Shown piece after piece: positions 53,488 through 61,879 of a stretch of DNA of 61,879 bases. The position numbers were made by a program, and so were the translations under genes. Origin of the DNA: Actinomycetota bacterium (lineage in GTDB: Bacteria; Actinomycetota; Acidimicrobiia; IMCC26256; DASPTH01); contig JBKPCV010000045.1 in the NCBI GenBank assembly GCA_046727575.1, forward strand, positions 1 through 61,879, in the 5' to 3' direction. How positions within the stretch are numbered: position 1 is the first letter of the stretch; every line of letters starts with the position of its first letter. The notes beneath the pieces are model-generated. The model searched no databases. It saw only the letters and a list, made by a program, of their open reading frames with translations, and had not been told where the DNA came from.

Positions 53488-56400
53488 TCAGTTTCTGCAC
53501 GCGGGCTGGTAGGCGCGGCCGGGGAGGTAGCGGCGCCATTCGGCGCGGGAGAGCTGCCGCCCGGCGATGCCGCAGGCCAGCTTCTTCCAGCGCGCGGGGT
53601 CGAGATCCCAGACGACGGCAAAGCCGGCCAGGCTGCCGTGCACAACGCGACGGCCGTCGGCGCTCGTTTGCACGAAGACGCCGCCGGGGCTTCGCGGCGC
53701 TGCCGGAGGCACGAGGGGCTGTCCGACGGCGCGGAGGCTCGCGGTGTCCCAGAGTTCCACGGTGCCCGGTTTGGCCGTTGCAGTCGGGTTCCACTCGACG
53801 CCGAGGGTGACGAGACGGTGGCCGTTTCGCGCGTAGGCGATGCCGGTGTAGAGCGAGGAGGGAAGCGGCATCCGTGCCCGGACCGCTCCCGTTGCCACGT
53901 CGAAGAACACCGCACGCCATCCGCCCCCGCCGAACGCACGGGAGACGGTGGCGGCCAGGATATGGCCGTCGGGACTGAAGGCGACCGCGCTCAGCGTCTG
54001 ATCGGGCGAGGGGAGCCCGAACACGCGGAGGCGCCGACCGTTGGTGGCGTCGAACATCGTCGCCTTGCCGGCGAACTCTCGGACGATCACCACGCGGCGA
54101 TCGTCGGGGCTGAAGGCCACCGAGCTGAGGTACGGCTCCACGTCGACCGCTCCGGCTGGGCGCAACCGCGCGATCTGCCGCGGGTGGGCCGGATCGTGCA
54201 CCCGCCACAGCAGCGTGGATTCGGCGAATCCGAGAGCGAGGGTGGACCCGTCGGAGCTCCACGCGAGCGACGTCAGGCCATCGTCCTCGGGGGGGAGGAC
54301 CGCGCCCGGCTCGTCGCGGTCCGCGTCCGAGAGCCGAACGGTGCCGTCCGGGTCGAGGATCACGGCCTTTCGCAGGTCAGGACTCGGGAAGACGTAGCTC
54401 GACGGGTGGTTCGGGTCGGGCAGCTCCTCGACCAGAGTGCCGCTGGCCGCGTTCCAGAGGCGCGTCCCGTCGACACCGTTGAGGGTGACGACGCCGCGGC
54501 CGTCACGGGTGAACGTCGCGCGCGTTCCAGGACCGTGGGCCCTGCCGAGGACCTTGCCGAGCGGCGCGACGGTTGGGGCGCTGGGGCGTACGATCACGAC
54601 GCGCTCGGCACTGGCGGTGAAGAGGCGTCCGTCGGGCAGGAACCGGGCGAACGAGTCGTTGGGGTGCAGCGTGATCGGGAGGATGACGTCCTGCCCGGTC
54701 CCGACGTCGAGCACGCGCACGCGGCCGGTGAAGATGTCCGTGACCGCGACCGCGCGGTCGTCCGGACTCCGTGCCGTCAGCGTGGGATGTCCCACGCCCG
54801 TGATCGGCGTCCCGACCGGCTGGCCGCTCACCGCATCCCACACCGTGACCTGGCCTTCGCTAGCGGTCGTGAGCGTCTCGCCGTCGGCGCCGAACCGGCC
54901 GGGCCAGCCGGGGACGACCGACAGCATCCCGCCACCACCGAGGTCCCACACCGAGGTCGGCCCCGTCAGCGGGTCGCCGACCAGGAGTCGGCGGCCGTCG
55001 TCCGAGACGTCGAACACCAGGTTGATGTGCGACATTGCTGCGGGGGGGACCGTGAACAGGTCGACGGGCCGCGGGCGACGCGGCACGCGCAGATCCCAGC
55101 GCGCGACGGTGCCGTCGTGTCCCACCGTGAACAGCCGCGTGCCGTCCGTCGGGTCGAAGAGGCCGTAGGCGGGTCCGTCGCCGCGGGCGACGACACGGCC
55201 GAGGCGGTGGCCGCTCGCGACGTCCCACACCGTGATGTTCCCTCGCGCGCTGCCGACCGCGAGCCGGCTGCCGTCTGGGTTGAAGACCGGTGCGATCGCG
55301 CCTGCGATGCGCGGACCGTCGAGGCGCCGCAACACGCGCCCGGTGTTCGTGTCGAGGAGCCGGACGATCCCGTCGTTGCCCGCCGCGGCCAGGAGCTTCG
55401 TGTCGGGGCTGATGTTCGGGTACTGCGCGGCGGGTGGATCGAGCGTGATCACGCGCTCGATGCCTGCCGGAGCCGCGGCGAGGGCGGTTTCGAGTGCGCC
55501 CTCGGTGTCGACCGACGGGTGCATCCGGTGCGCCTCCACGCTCAGCAGGAGCGCGAGGTCGAGCCGTTCATCGACCAACGACCGCGCCTGCGTCGCGAGC
55601 GCCGTCGCATCGGACACCTCGGCCTGTGCCTCGGCGCGACTCGCGCTCTCATCGGCGCGCGAACGCTGCACGACCGAGAACACGACCGCAACCAGCGCGA
55701 CGACGAGCAATCCTGCGAGCGCCACGGTCAGGCGCCGGAACCGATGCGCCGTGCGGCGCGCCGAGCGCAGCTCGGAGTCCTGCTGCGCGCGACCCGCGGC
55801 CAGGAACTCGCGTTCGAGCGGGTTGATCTCGGCCGGATGCGCATCGGCGACGTCTAAGGCGGCCGCGAGTCGCGAGCCGCGGAACAGCAGGTCGTCGCCG
55901 CGCTTTCCTGCCGTCCACTCCTGCGCGCCATTCGACAGGGCGCGATGGACGCGGCGGCCTTCACGGTCTTCTTCGAGCCACGTGCGCAGGCGCGGCCATT
56001 CCCGGAGCAGCGCCTCGTGCGCGACCTCGGCGGTGGTGTCGCCGGTGACCACGAGGCGGTTCTCGACCAGCGTCGCGAGCACTGCGGCGTGGTCGTCGTC
56101 GACGAGGAGCTCCTCCAACGGCGCGCGCCGTCTCACGTCGTCGGTTCCCACGCCGGGCTCGGCGAGCCGCAGGAAGATGCCGCGTGCGACGTCCTGCTCC
56201 GACGACGGCATCCGCGCGTAGACGTCGTCGGCGAGGTGCGCGACCGCGCCGTGCACCCCGCCGGACCCCTCGTAGCCCTCGAGCGTCAGCGTCTGGCCAC
56301 TCCGCCGGATCCACGTCTCGAGCAACGCGGTCTCGAGCAGTGGGAGCGACCCCGGCTCGGTACCGACGTCGTCGAAGATACGTTCGACGAGGCCGTCCTC

Positions 56401-58161
56401 GAGTACGAGACCCGCGCGTCGCGCTGGTCCCTCGATCACGCGTTGGAGCTCGTCGGGCCGCATCGAACCGACCAGGACCGTCGCCTGCCCCAGGAGCTCG
56501 GCGAACGCCCTGTGTTCCGCGCACCGTCCGTAGTAGTCGGCCCGGATCGCCACCAACGCCTTGGTCGGCGAGTCGGGATCGTTCGTGGCGTGGACGAGCA
56601 CGTCCAGGAAGCGTGCGCGCAGCGATTCGTCGCGGCAGACGGTGAACACCTCTTCGAGCTGATCCACGACGATCATCACCGACTCGCCGTTGCCGGTTGC
56701 GTTCCTCGCGCGTTCGGCGAAGCCGGTCACTGACACGGGATCCTCGAGCAAGCGGTCGCGGACGTGACCGGCTGACGCGGCATGACAGAGGGGTGCGAGA
56801 GCCCGCGCGAGCTCGAGCACCGGATCGTCGCCGGGCGTCACGAGCAGGCGCGGCCATTGCGCGCTGCCCGGGAGCGCGTCCTCGCCCAGCGCGGCGAGGA
56901 GACCGGCGCGTGCCAGCGACGACTTCCCGCTGCCGGAGGCGCCCACCACGCCCGTGCAGGGAGCGCCCGCGACCGTCGCCACGAGCTCCGCGACCAGACG
57001 CTCGCGGCCGAAGTACCAGCCCGCGTCTTCGGGTTCGAAGCGCAACAAGCCCTTGTAGGGACACGACCCAACTGGCGGGCTCCCCGGCCGGTTCGGGGCG
57101 CCCCAAGCCGCGGTGGCGCGGGGCGCGCGCCGGTTGCGCCGGTCGAGGACGCGGTCGGCGACGACACGGCGGGCACGCTCGAGCTCGACCTGCGTGGCGG
57201 CGACGGCCTCGAGCGACGCGGACAACCGATTCGTCCGTTCGTGATCGATCGCAAGTCGGAGCGCTTCCTCTGTCCGACGGGCGGAGACACGCCCTTCCTG
57301 CACGACGGCTTCGACGACCTCGCCGTCCGGCTCCGCACGATTGACGGCGCGGAGCACACGGGCGACCTGGTCGGCACCGATCGGCGCGGGTTCGGTCGGC
57401 GCGAGCGTGGTCTCCTGGACCAGGATCGCGGCTTCCATCTCACGCAGCTCACGGCTCGGTTCGAGACCGAGCTCGTCGACGAGCACCTGGCGGGCGGACT
57501 GGTACGCGGCGAGTGCGTCCGCCTGCCGACCAGCGCGATAGAGCGCGAGCATCAGCTGGCACCGCAAGCGCTCGCGGTAACGGTGGCGCGCAACAAGCGA
57601 CTCGAGCTCCGGGAGCAGCTCGACGTCGCGGCCGAGGGCAAGGTCCGCTTCGACGCGGTCTTCGATTGCACCCGTGCGCGCTTCCTCCAGCCGCGGGATC
57701 TCGAAGCGCGCCCACGGCTCGTTGGCGAGGTCCGCGAGCGGAGACTCGCGCCACAGCGCGAGCGCCTCCCGGAACACGACGGCTGCGCCGGCGACGCATC
57801 CGCCGGTCGTGAGCGTGCGGGCGACCGCGACGAGCGCGTCGAAGCGGAAGAGGTCGACCTGCTCGGGGTCGACGGCGAGCAGGTAGCCGGGAGGTTGCGT
57901 CAGCAGCACCGACGGCTCGGCGCGCGGTCCGCGATCCGGCTCGAGCGCCTTGCGCAAGTGCGAGACGTACACCTGCAGCGTCGCCGCCGGGCGCGACGGG
58001 GGGTCATCGCCCCACAGGCCGTCGACCAGTCGATCGGTGGAGACGGACCGGTTCAGGTCGAGGAGCAGCATTGCCAGCACCGACCGCTGCTTCGGCCCGC
58101 CGAGCGAGATCGGCAGCCCGTCCTCGAGCGCCTCGAGCACCCCGAGCACCCGGAACTCCAC
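53488..58161 (-). CDS. SARP (wHTH-BTAD)-nSTAND1-type NTPase-TM-WD40 repeat protein, about 1557 aa
   Basis: EFRVLG, LQVYVSHLRK, BTAD RERL..LMLALYR.GRQADAL, PYKGL..F, GASGSGKSS, DQLEEVFT, AHEALL..WPRL, TM helix, WD40 repeats; SD GGAGGGG. Confidence 0.9.
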   Translation of the reverse strand: MEFRVLGVLEALEDGLPISLGGPKQRSVLAMLLLDLNRSVSTDRLVDGLWGDDPPSRPAATLQVYVSHLRKALEPDRGPRAEPSVLLTQPPGYLLAVDPEQVDLFRFDALVAVARTLTTGGCVAGAAVVFREALALWRESPLADLANEPWARFEIPRLEEARTGAIEDRVEADLALGRDVELLPELESLVARHRYRERLRCQLMLALYRAGRQADALAAYQSARQVLVDELGLEPSRELREMEAAILVQETTLAPTEPAPIGADQVARVLRAVNRAEPDGEVVEAVVQEGRVSARRTEEALRLAIDHERTNRLSASLEAVAATQVELERARRVVADRVLDRRNRRAPRATAAWGAPNRPGSPPVGSCPYKGLLRFEPEDAGWYFGRERLVAELVATVAGAPCTGVVGASGSGKSSLARAGLLAALGEDALPGSAQWPRLLVTPGDDPVLELARALAPLCHAASAGHVRDRLLEDPVSVTGFAERARNATGNGESVMIVVDQLEEVFTVCRDESLRARFLDVLVHATNDPDSPTKALVAIRADYYGRCAEHRAFAELLGQATVLVGSMRPDELQRVIEGPARRAGLVLEDGLVERIFDDVGTEPGSLPLLETALLETWIRRSGQTLTLEGYEGSGGVHGAVAHLADDVYARMPSSEQDVARGIFLRLAEPGVGTDDVRRRAPLEELLVDDDHAAVLATLVENRLVVTGDTTAEVAHEALLREWPRLRTWLEEDREGRRVHRALSNGAQEWTAGKRGDDLLFRGSRLAAALDVADAHPAEINPLEREFLAAGRAQQDSELRSARRTAHRFRRLTVALAGLLVVALVAVVFSVVQRSRADESASRAEAQAEVSDATALATQARSLVDERLDLALLLSVEAHRMHPSVDTEGALETALAAAPAGIERVITLDPPAAQYPNISPDTKLLAAAGNDGIVRLLDTNTGRVLRRLDGPRIAGAIAPVFNPDGSRLAVGSARGNITVWDVASGHRLGRVVARGDGPAYGLFDPTDGTRLFTVGHDGTVARWDLRVPRRPRPVDLFTVPPAAMSHINLVFDVSDDGRRLLVGDPLTGPTSVWDLGGGGMLSVVPGWPGRFGADGETLTTASEGQVTVWDAVSGQPVGTPITGVGHPTLTARSPDDRAVAVTDIFTGRVRVLDVGTGQDVILPITLHPNDSFARFLPDGRLFTASAERVVIVRPSAPTVAPLGKVLGRAHGPGTRATFTRDGRGVVTLNGVDGTRLWNAASGTLVEELPDPNHPSSYVFPSPDLRKAVILDPDGTVRLSDADRDEPGAVLPPEDDGLTSLAWSSDGSTLALGFAESTLLWRVHDPAHPRQIARLRPAGAVDVEPYLSSVAFSPDDRRVVIVREFAGKATMFDATNGRRLRVFGLPSPDQTLSAVAFSPDGHILAATVSRAFGGGGWRAVFFDVATGAVRARMPLPSSLYTGIAYARNGHRLVTLGVEWNPTATAKPGTVELWDTASLRAVGQPLVPPAAPRSPGGVFVQTSADGRRVVHGSLAGFAVVWDLDPARWKKLACGIAGRQLSRAEWRRYLPGRAYQPACRN

Positions 58162-58341
58162 GACGACCTCCCCTCCACGGCCTCTGGTCGAGGGTACCCG
58201 TCTGCTCGGCGACGGTCGATGGCGGCCGACCTGCACCTTTAAGCAGATCGAAAGTGCTGCCACTGCTCGGACTTCAGCGCCCTCGCGGATGCTCGCCCCC
58301 AGCGGCCGCAGGAGCGGCCCGAGGATCAGGAGGGATCCGCC

Positions 58342-58848
58342 ATGAGTCAACACATCGTCACCACAGCGCCGGCCGGCATCGGGCGCCGGGCGACCGTCAT
58401 TGCCATCGGACTGATCGCGGTGCTCGCCCTCGGCGTGGGCGTGGGGGTCGCAACTCTCACATCCGGAAGATCGGAGTCAGTCGTGCACCGGTCCGCATCC
58501 GCGACGACGCCCGCGCCTGCGGTCATCCACCTCTGCGGGAACGACGTCACCAACCTGCTGGCGACGATCGGGGCGATGCCCCCGAGCGTCCAGGCCCATG
58601 TCGTCGGCAGCCTGTCGCCCGACCTGGCGAACGGGTTGGGCAACCTGGCGCTCACCGTCGAGGCGCCGGACAGCCTGCCCGCGCCCGACAACACGACCTT
58701 GGGAGGGATCCTGACTCGCCTCGACCGGAGCGACCGGAACGCGATCATGAACGGCTTGCCCGTCGACCAGCAGCCCGAAGTCGCCGCCGCCGAGCAGTCG
58801 GCATCCGTTGCGTCCTTCATCTCGGGTCGGTACACCGCGTGCTCGTAA
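58342..58848 (+). CDS. Membrane-anchored/exported hypothetical protein, 168 aa
   Basis: SD AGGAGG; RR plus hydrophobic helix; Ser/Thr/Pro linker; helical domain with two Cys. Confidence 0.75.
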   Translation: MSQHIVTTAPAGIGRRATVIAIGLIAVLALGVGVGVATLTSGRSESVVHRSASATTPAPAVIHLCGNDVTNLLATIGAMPPSVQAHVVGSLSPDLANGLGNLALTVEAPDSLPAPDNTTLGGILTRLDRSDRNAIMNGLPVDQQPEVAAAEQSASVASFISGRYTACS

Positions 58849-58940
58849 GCGCACGGTCGTCCGAACCGCCATCGGGGCTCACCGCATGTCGGTGGGCCCC
58901 GATCTGGCATCAGACGCGCAGTCCGCGTCACCGCGGACGC

Positions 58941-59162
58941 TCACGGCTGGAGCGCTACCGCGACACGAACTCGACCTTCGCAGTCTGTGCCTCGGACGCG
59001 ACGGTGTGGGGACGACGGGTCGCTTGCGGGCACCCCGATGTCGAGACCTGCGCGCTCCTCGTCGGTCGGCACGATCACATCGTCGACCGCGATCCAAGAC
59101 GCGTCGGTGTGTCGGCCCAGGGCGACCGCAGAGCAGCACCGCGCGCACGCGTCGTCGGTCAT
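58941..59162 (-). CDS. Possible small hypothetical protein or remnant (73 aa)
   Basis: MTDDACARCC...; weak support only. Confidence 0.3.
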   Translation of the reverse strand: MTDDACARCCSAVALGRHTDASWIAVDDVIVPTDEERAGLDIGVPASDPSSPHRRVRGTDCEGRVRVAVALQP

Positions 59163-59446
59163 CACGGCCGGGTCACGGGCAGCGCAGGTTCGCACCGCCC
59201 GAAGGCGCGACAGTCCGCCGCGCCGCGAGCGGCACCGCCTCGGGGAGAACCGCGAACGGCTCGCGCGCCGCTGCAGCGTCGATCTCGACACGCCGCGCTG
59301 ACGCACAGAATCACGCGCGACCGCGCACAGAACGTCATGCGGATCCGCGACCGATCCGGCGCTCGGTACGCACCGCACGAGCTGACCACGGCTGGGCGCG
59401 TTGATACCGAACTGCCGTGAGGTGTGCTGCTTGCGAGCGCGGGTGC

Positions 59447-59656
59447 TCAGCCGCTTAGGTACTCCTCGACGTCATCGAGACCCAAATCGAAGCGCGCACC
59501 ACGCACGACCCAGTTCCCGTTGATAATGCGGTAGCCGCCAAAGTCGTCGAGGTGCGGGGTAAGGACCCGCGACTTGTGCAACGCCATTCCTTCGCGTGCG
59601 AGACGACGCCGCAGCCGACACTCACGCGATTGCTCAGTAGTCGTGGTAGCGCTCAT
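59447..59656 (-). CDS. Small phage/ICE-type hypothetical protein (69 aa)
   Basis: SD GGAGG; RLRRRLAREGMALHKSR...FGGYRII...LDDVEEYL resembles small proteins of actinobacterial mobile elements (recalled, not searched). Confidence 0.65.
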   Translation of the reverse strand: MSATTTTEQSRECRLRRRLAREGMALHKSRVLTPHLDDFGGYRIINGNWVVRGARFDLGLDDVEEYLSG

Positions 59657-59883
59657 GGCAAACCTCCAACAACACCCATCCCCCGCGCGAGTGCATCCCC
59701 CACCGCGCGTGACGTGGTACCCGATGGGGGTCACCCCTCGGCGCGAGCCGAGCGCAACGCCACCACCCTTTGCCCACCCTGCGCACGCCGCCGCGAAACT
59801 GTGTCGGCCGAAGGAGGTACCGCGGGCGGCCGTGCCGCACGCTCGGAGCTTCGGCCACGGAGAGTTAGTTGGGCTGCCCGTCC

Positions 59884-60325
59884 GTGGTCGAATCAACCTG
59901 GGAACGGCGCGAGCTCCCCATCCTTTGAGGCCATCGCGAAGGCCCAAGAGGAGCGGCGCGACCAACTGACCAATGACGACGTCGCCGAACTGACGGGTTT
60001 GGAACCGGAAGACGTTGAGCGCGGCCTGCTTGCACTGATCGAGGCCACACCGCCCTACATCGATGGGGCGCACGCCGCCGCCGGTGATGAGCTCTGTTAT
60101 CTGGTCGCTATCCGGCTTCTGGAGCGCGGGCGTCGTGAGGTACGACACTGGCCGCCTGATAGCGCCACGGTGTTCATCGAGGAGCTCAGGCACCGCATCG
60201 AGATCTCTCCCGACCCGGTGGAGCGCAGCAGACTCCAGAAGTTGCTCGACGCGGCGCTCAGCGTCAGCCGCGAAGTGCTTGGTGAGGTGCTCGGCGCGAT
60301 CGCAACGAAGTCAATGCCCCTCTAG
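59884..60325 (+). pseudogene. Frameshifted hypothetical gene (winged-helix-like N-terminus)
   Basis: VVESTWERRELPIL joins EAIAKAQEE...ERGRREVRHWP if one T is removed from CCTTTGAG at about 59924-59926. Confidence 0.65.
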
Positions 60326-60340
60326 CGACGCGCAGTCGAC

Positions 60341-60655
60341 TTACAGCACCCGCTCGAGCTCGTTGTCGATGTGGTACGCGAGGTCGAGCGCACGCCCATA
60401 GCTGGTCCGTTCGCGCAGGGCGTCGTAAACCGCCTCTGAGGCGTCGCCTCCCGCTTCCCGGTATTCGGCGGCGACACGCTCCAAGATGCCGCCCACGCCG
60501 TCGAGCACCGCCACGGCTGCCTGCACCCGGAGGAGCGCTGCTTGTAGGTCTGTGACCGCAGTGTCGAGCCGCGCGAGAAGAGCCGGCGAGAGCTCGTCGC
60601 GGAGCTCCAAGGCGTAGTTACGGTCGTGACCGGCCGCCCAATCAATGCTAGCCAT
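60341..60655 (-). CDS. Hypothetical alpha-helical protein (about 104 aa)
   Basis: Protein-like composition from MASIDW; AT-richer upstream region. Confidence 0.55.
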   Translation of the reverse strand: MASIDWAAGHDRNYALELRDELSPALLARLDTAVTDLQAALLRVQAAVAVLDGVGGILERVAAEYREAGGDASEAVYDALRERTSYGRALDLAYHIDNELERVL

Positions 60656-60704
60656 TAACAACACCCTTACTCTCGTGCTCTCCGCCAACGCACTTAGCGC
60701 AAAC

Positions 60705-60729
60705 CGTTCCTAACCAATCCTTAGGAACG
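60705..60729. promoter_or_regulatory. Perfect 9-7-9 inverted repeat between divergent small genes
   Basis: CGTTCCTAA-CCAATCC-TTAGGAACG. Confidence 0.55.
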
Positions 60730-60799
60730 TTGCTGCGTATGAAGGCGTCACAGCACTTGCTAGGCCCTCACTCGTAAGTGTCCGCATACCTCCGGCCAG

Positions 60800-60955
60800 G
60801 TGGAGTTGAGCGGCGACGAACGCCTTCTACTGCTGGCCGCCCTGTTCGACCTGCACATCACGTACGCCGAGGACGTCGAGAAGGGTGCGCGGATCGAAGC
60901 GCTCGTTCTGAAGCTCGGCGACGACCCCAACGAAGTGTTCTTCGGAGGCGCCTAG
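60800..60955 (+). CDS. Small hypothetical protein (51 aa), below ORF-track cutoff
   Basis: VELSGDERLLLLAALFDLHITYAEDVEKGARIEALVLKLGDDPNEVFFGGA*; high GC3 codon usage. Confidence 0.55.
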   Translation: MELSGDERLLLLAALFDLHITYAEDVEKGARIEALVLKLGDDPNEVFFGGA

Positions 60956-61146
60956 CGGGCCCTCGTCTGCGCGAGGATCGCGGCGCTCGTCGTGACGCCT
61001 CGATGGTGACCCGGACAAGTTGTTCTTCGGAGCGAGCTGGAGGCTGTTGATCGGCGCCCACCAGTCTCACTGGGCAATCTGTGCGTCACGCGAGTCCAGT
61101 GATGGAAGTCGACTGTCGATGGCCGTGTCAGTAGAGGAGGCCCGGC

Positions 61147-61718
61147 GTGAGCGTAAGTCAAGACTGGCGGCAGGCGGAATGGCTTGACCGCCAGGCGATC
61201 CAGGACCTGATTCACCGTATTCAGATTCAGTAACCCGAGGCGACTACCAGCAGACGGTGACGGTGTTCGCGCCCGACGCCGTCTGGGAGGAAGAGTCGGG
61301 CGCACGTTTCGAGAGCGCGCGTGAGTTCATCGACGCCGTGATCGAGGGCACTGCGAGCCTGGACCGCTCATCCAGACGCCGCATGGCCCGGTGATTGAGT
61401 TGCTGGGAGACGGGCGCGCGAAGGCGACCACGACGATTCACGAGATAGTCCGAGGAGTTGCGACCGCCGACGGCTCGGTCGGCGCGATTGGCGACGAGAT
61501 CAATGTCGACCGGTACGCCATCTACCACGACGAACTCGCCAAGTTCGGCGGCGAGTGGAAGTTCACCCAACGGATCTCCGGTGCCGTTCTTCACCGCAAC
61601 CGGCGGCGTCGCTGGAGACGTCTCAGGAAGTCGACCGTTGCTCCGACCCGGTTCGGTCCTCAAGCTGTGCGCGCCAGATCTGCGTGTGCCACGAACGCGA
61701 AGGAGGGATCGATGTTGA
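61147..61718 (+). pseudogene. NTF2/SnoaL-like gene with multiple frameshifts
   Basis: SD GAGGAGG; DRQAIQDLIHR / YSDSVTRGD..VFAPDAVW / LIQTPHGPVIEL..RAKATTTIHE..YHDEL..GEWKF split across frames. Confidence 0.75.
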
Positions 61719-61879
61719 AGATCGCATCCAACTTGAGCGGTGCTGTACCAGAGATGGAGGAGGGCCCTCCGGGATCGCCCTGCAGGGGGAGGTCCCAAAC
61801 CACCGCAAGCTGCGTCGGTCAAGAGCCGGGGTGGTGAGCGTTGCGGAAAAGGCGCGCCGAGAGCGCGTCAGGTGCGAGC

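Larger units (their letters stand above)
52407..61879. mobile_element. Decayed integrative element / genomic island at tRNA-Thr(TGT); right end not in window
   Basis: Integrase remnant pointing at the tRNA, xis, phage-like small ORFs, frameshifts, end of core synteny. Confidence 0.75.

Noticed and set aside
58342-58848. Amyloid-signalling (BASS-type) partner of the NLR-like protein
   Set aside because: No Gln/Asn/Gly-rich motif shared with the STAND N-terminus, which already carries its own effector domain

Overview
High-GC actinobacterial chromosome segment (gene content and style suggest Acidimicrobiia; this is inference). Positions 1-52.4 kb are intact core genome: a Tad/Flp pilus locus, cfa, an LCP pair, trkA-trkA/kimA-like K+ module, K+-independent H+-PPase, dedA, topA-MFS-tmk-holB-tRNA-Thr(CGT), sigR-rsrA-like, tilS-hpt-ftsH-folE-folP-folB-folK-panG-panC-panD-nadB-nadC-coaX, clpC, radA-disA, crp/carD-ispD-ispF-cysS-rlmB and tRNA-Thr(TGT). 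From 52.4 kb to the end is a decaying island at tRNA-Thr(TGT): a deleted xis/tyrosine-integrase pair, an intact 1558-aa SARP(wHTH-BTAD)-STAND NTPase-TM-WD40 protein with a divergent membrane-anchored partner, small phage-like ORFs and frameshifted remnants. Best candidates for new biology: (1) a dual-specificity-phosphatase-fold gene with a His-for-Cys P-loop (HHEEFGDR) coupled between folP and folB, a candidate for the missing dihydroneopterin dephosphorylation step; (2) the transmembrane STAND-SARP regulator plus divergent partner; (3) a covarying structured interspersed repeat. At least 12 genes look leaderless. All calls come from reading the sequence; no searches were run.
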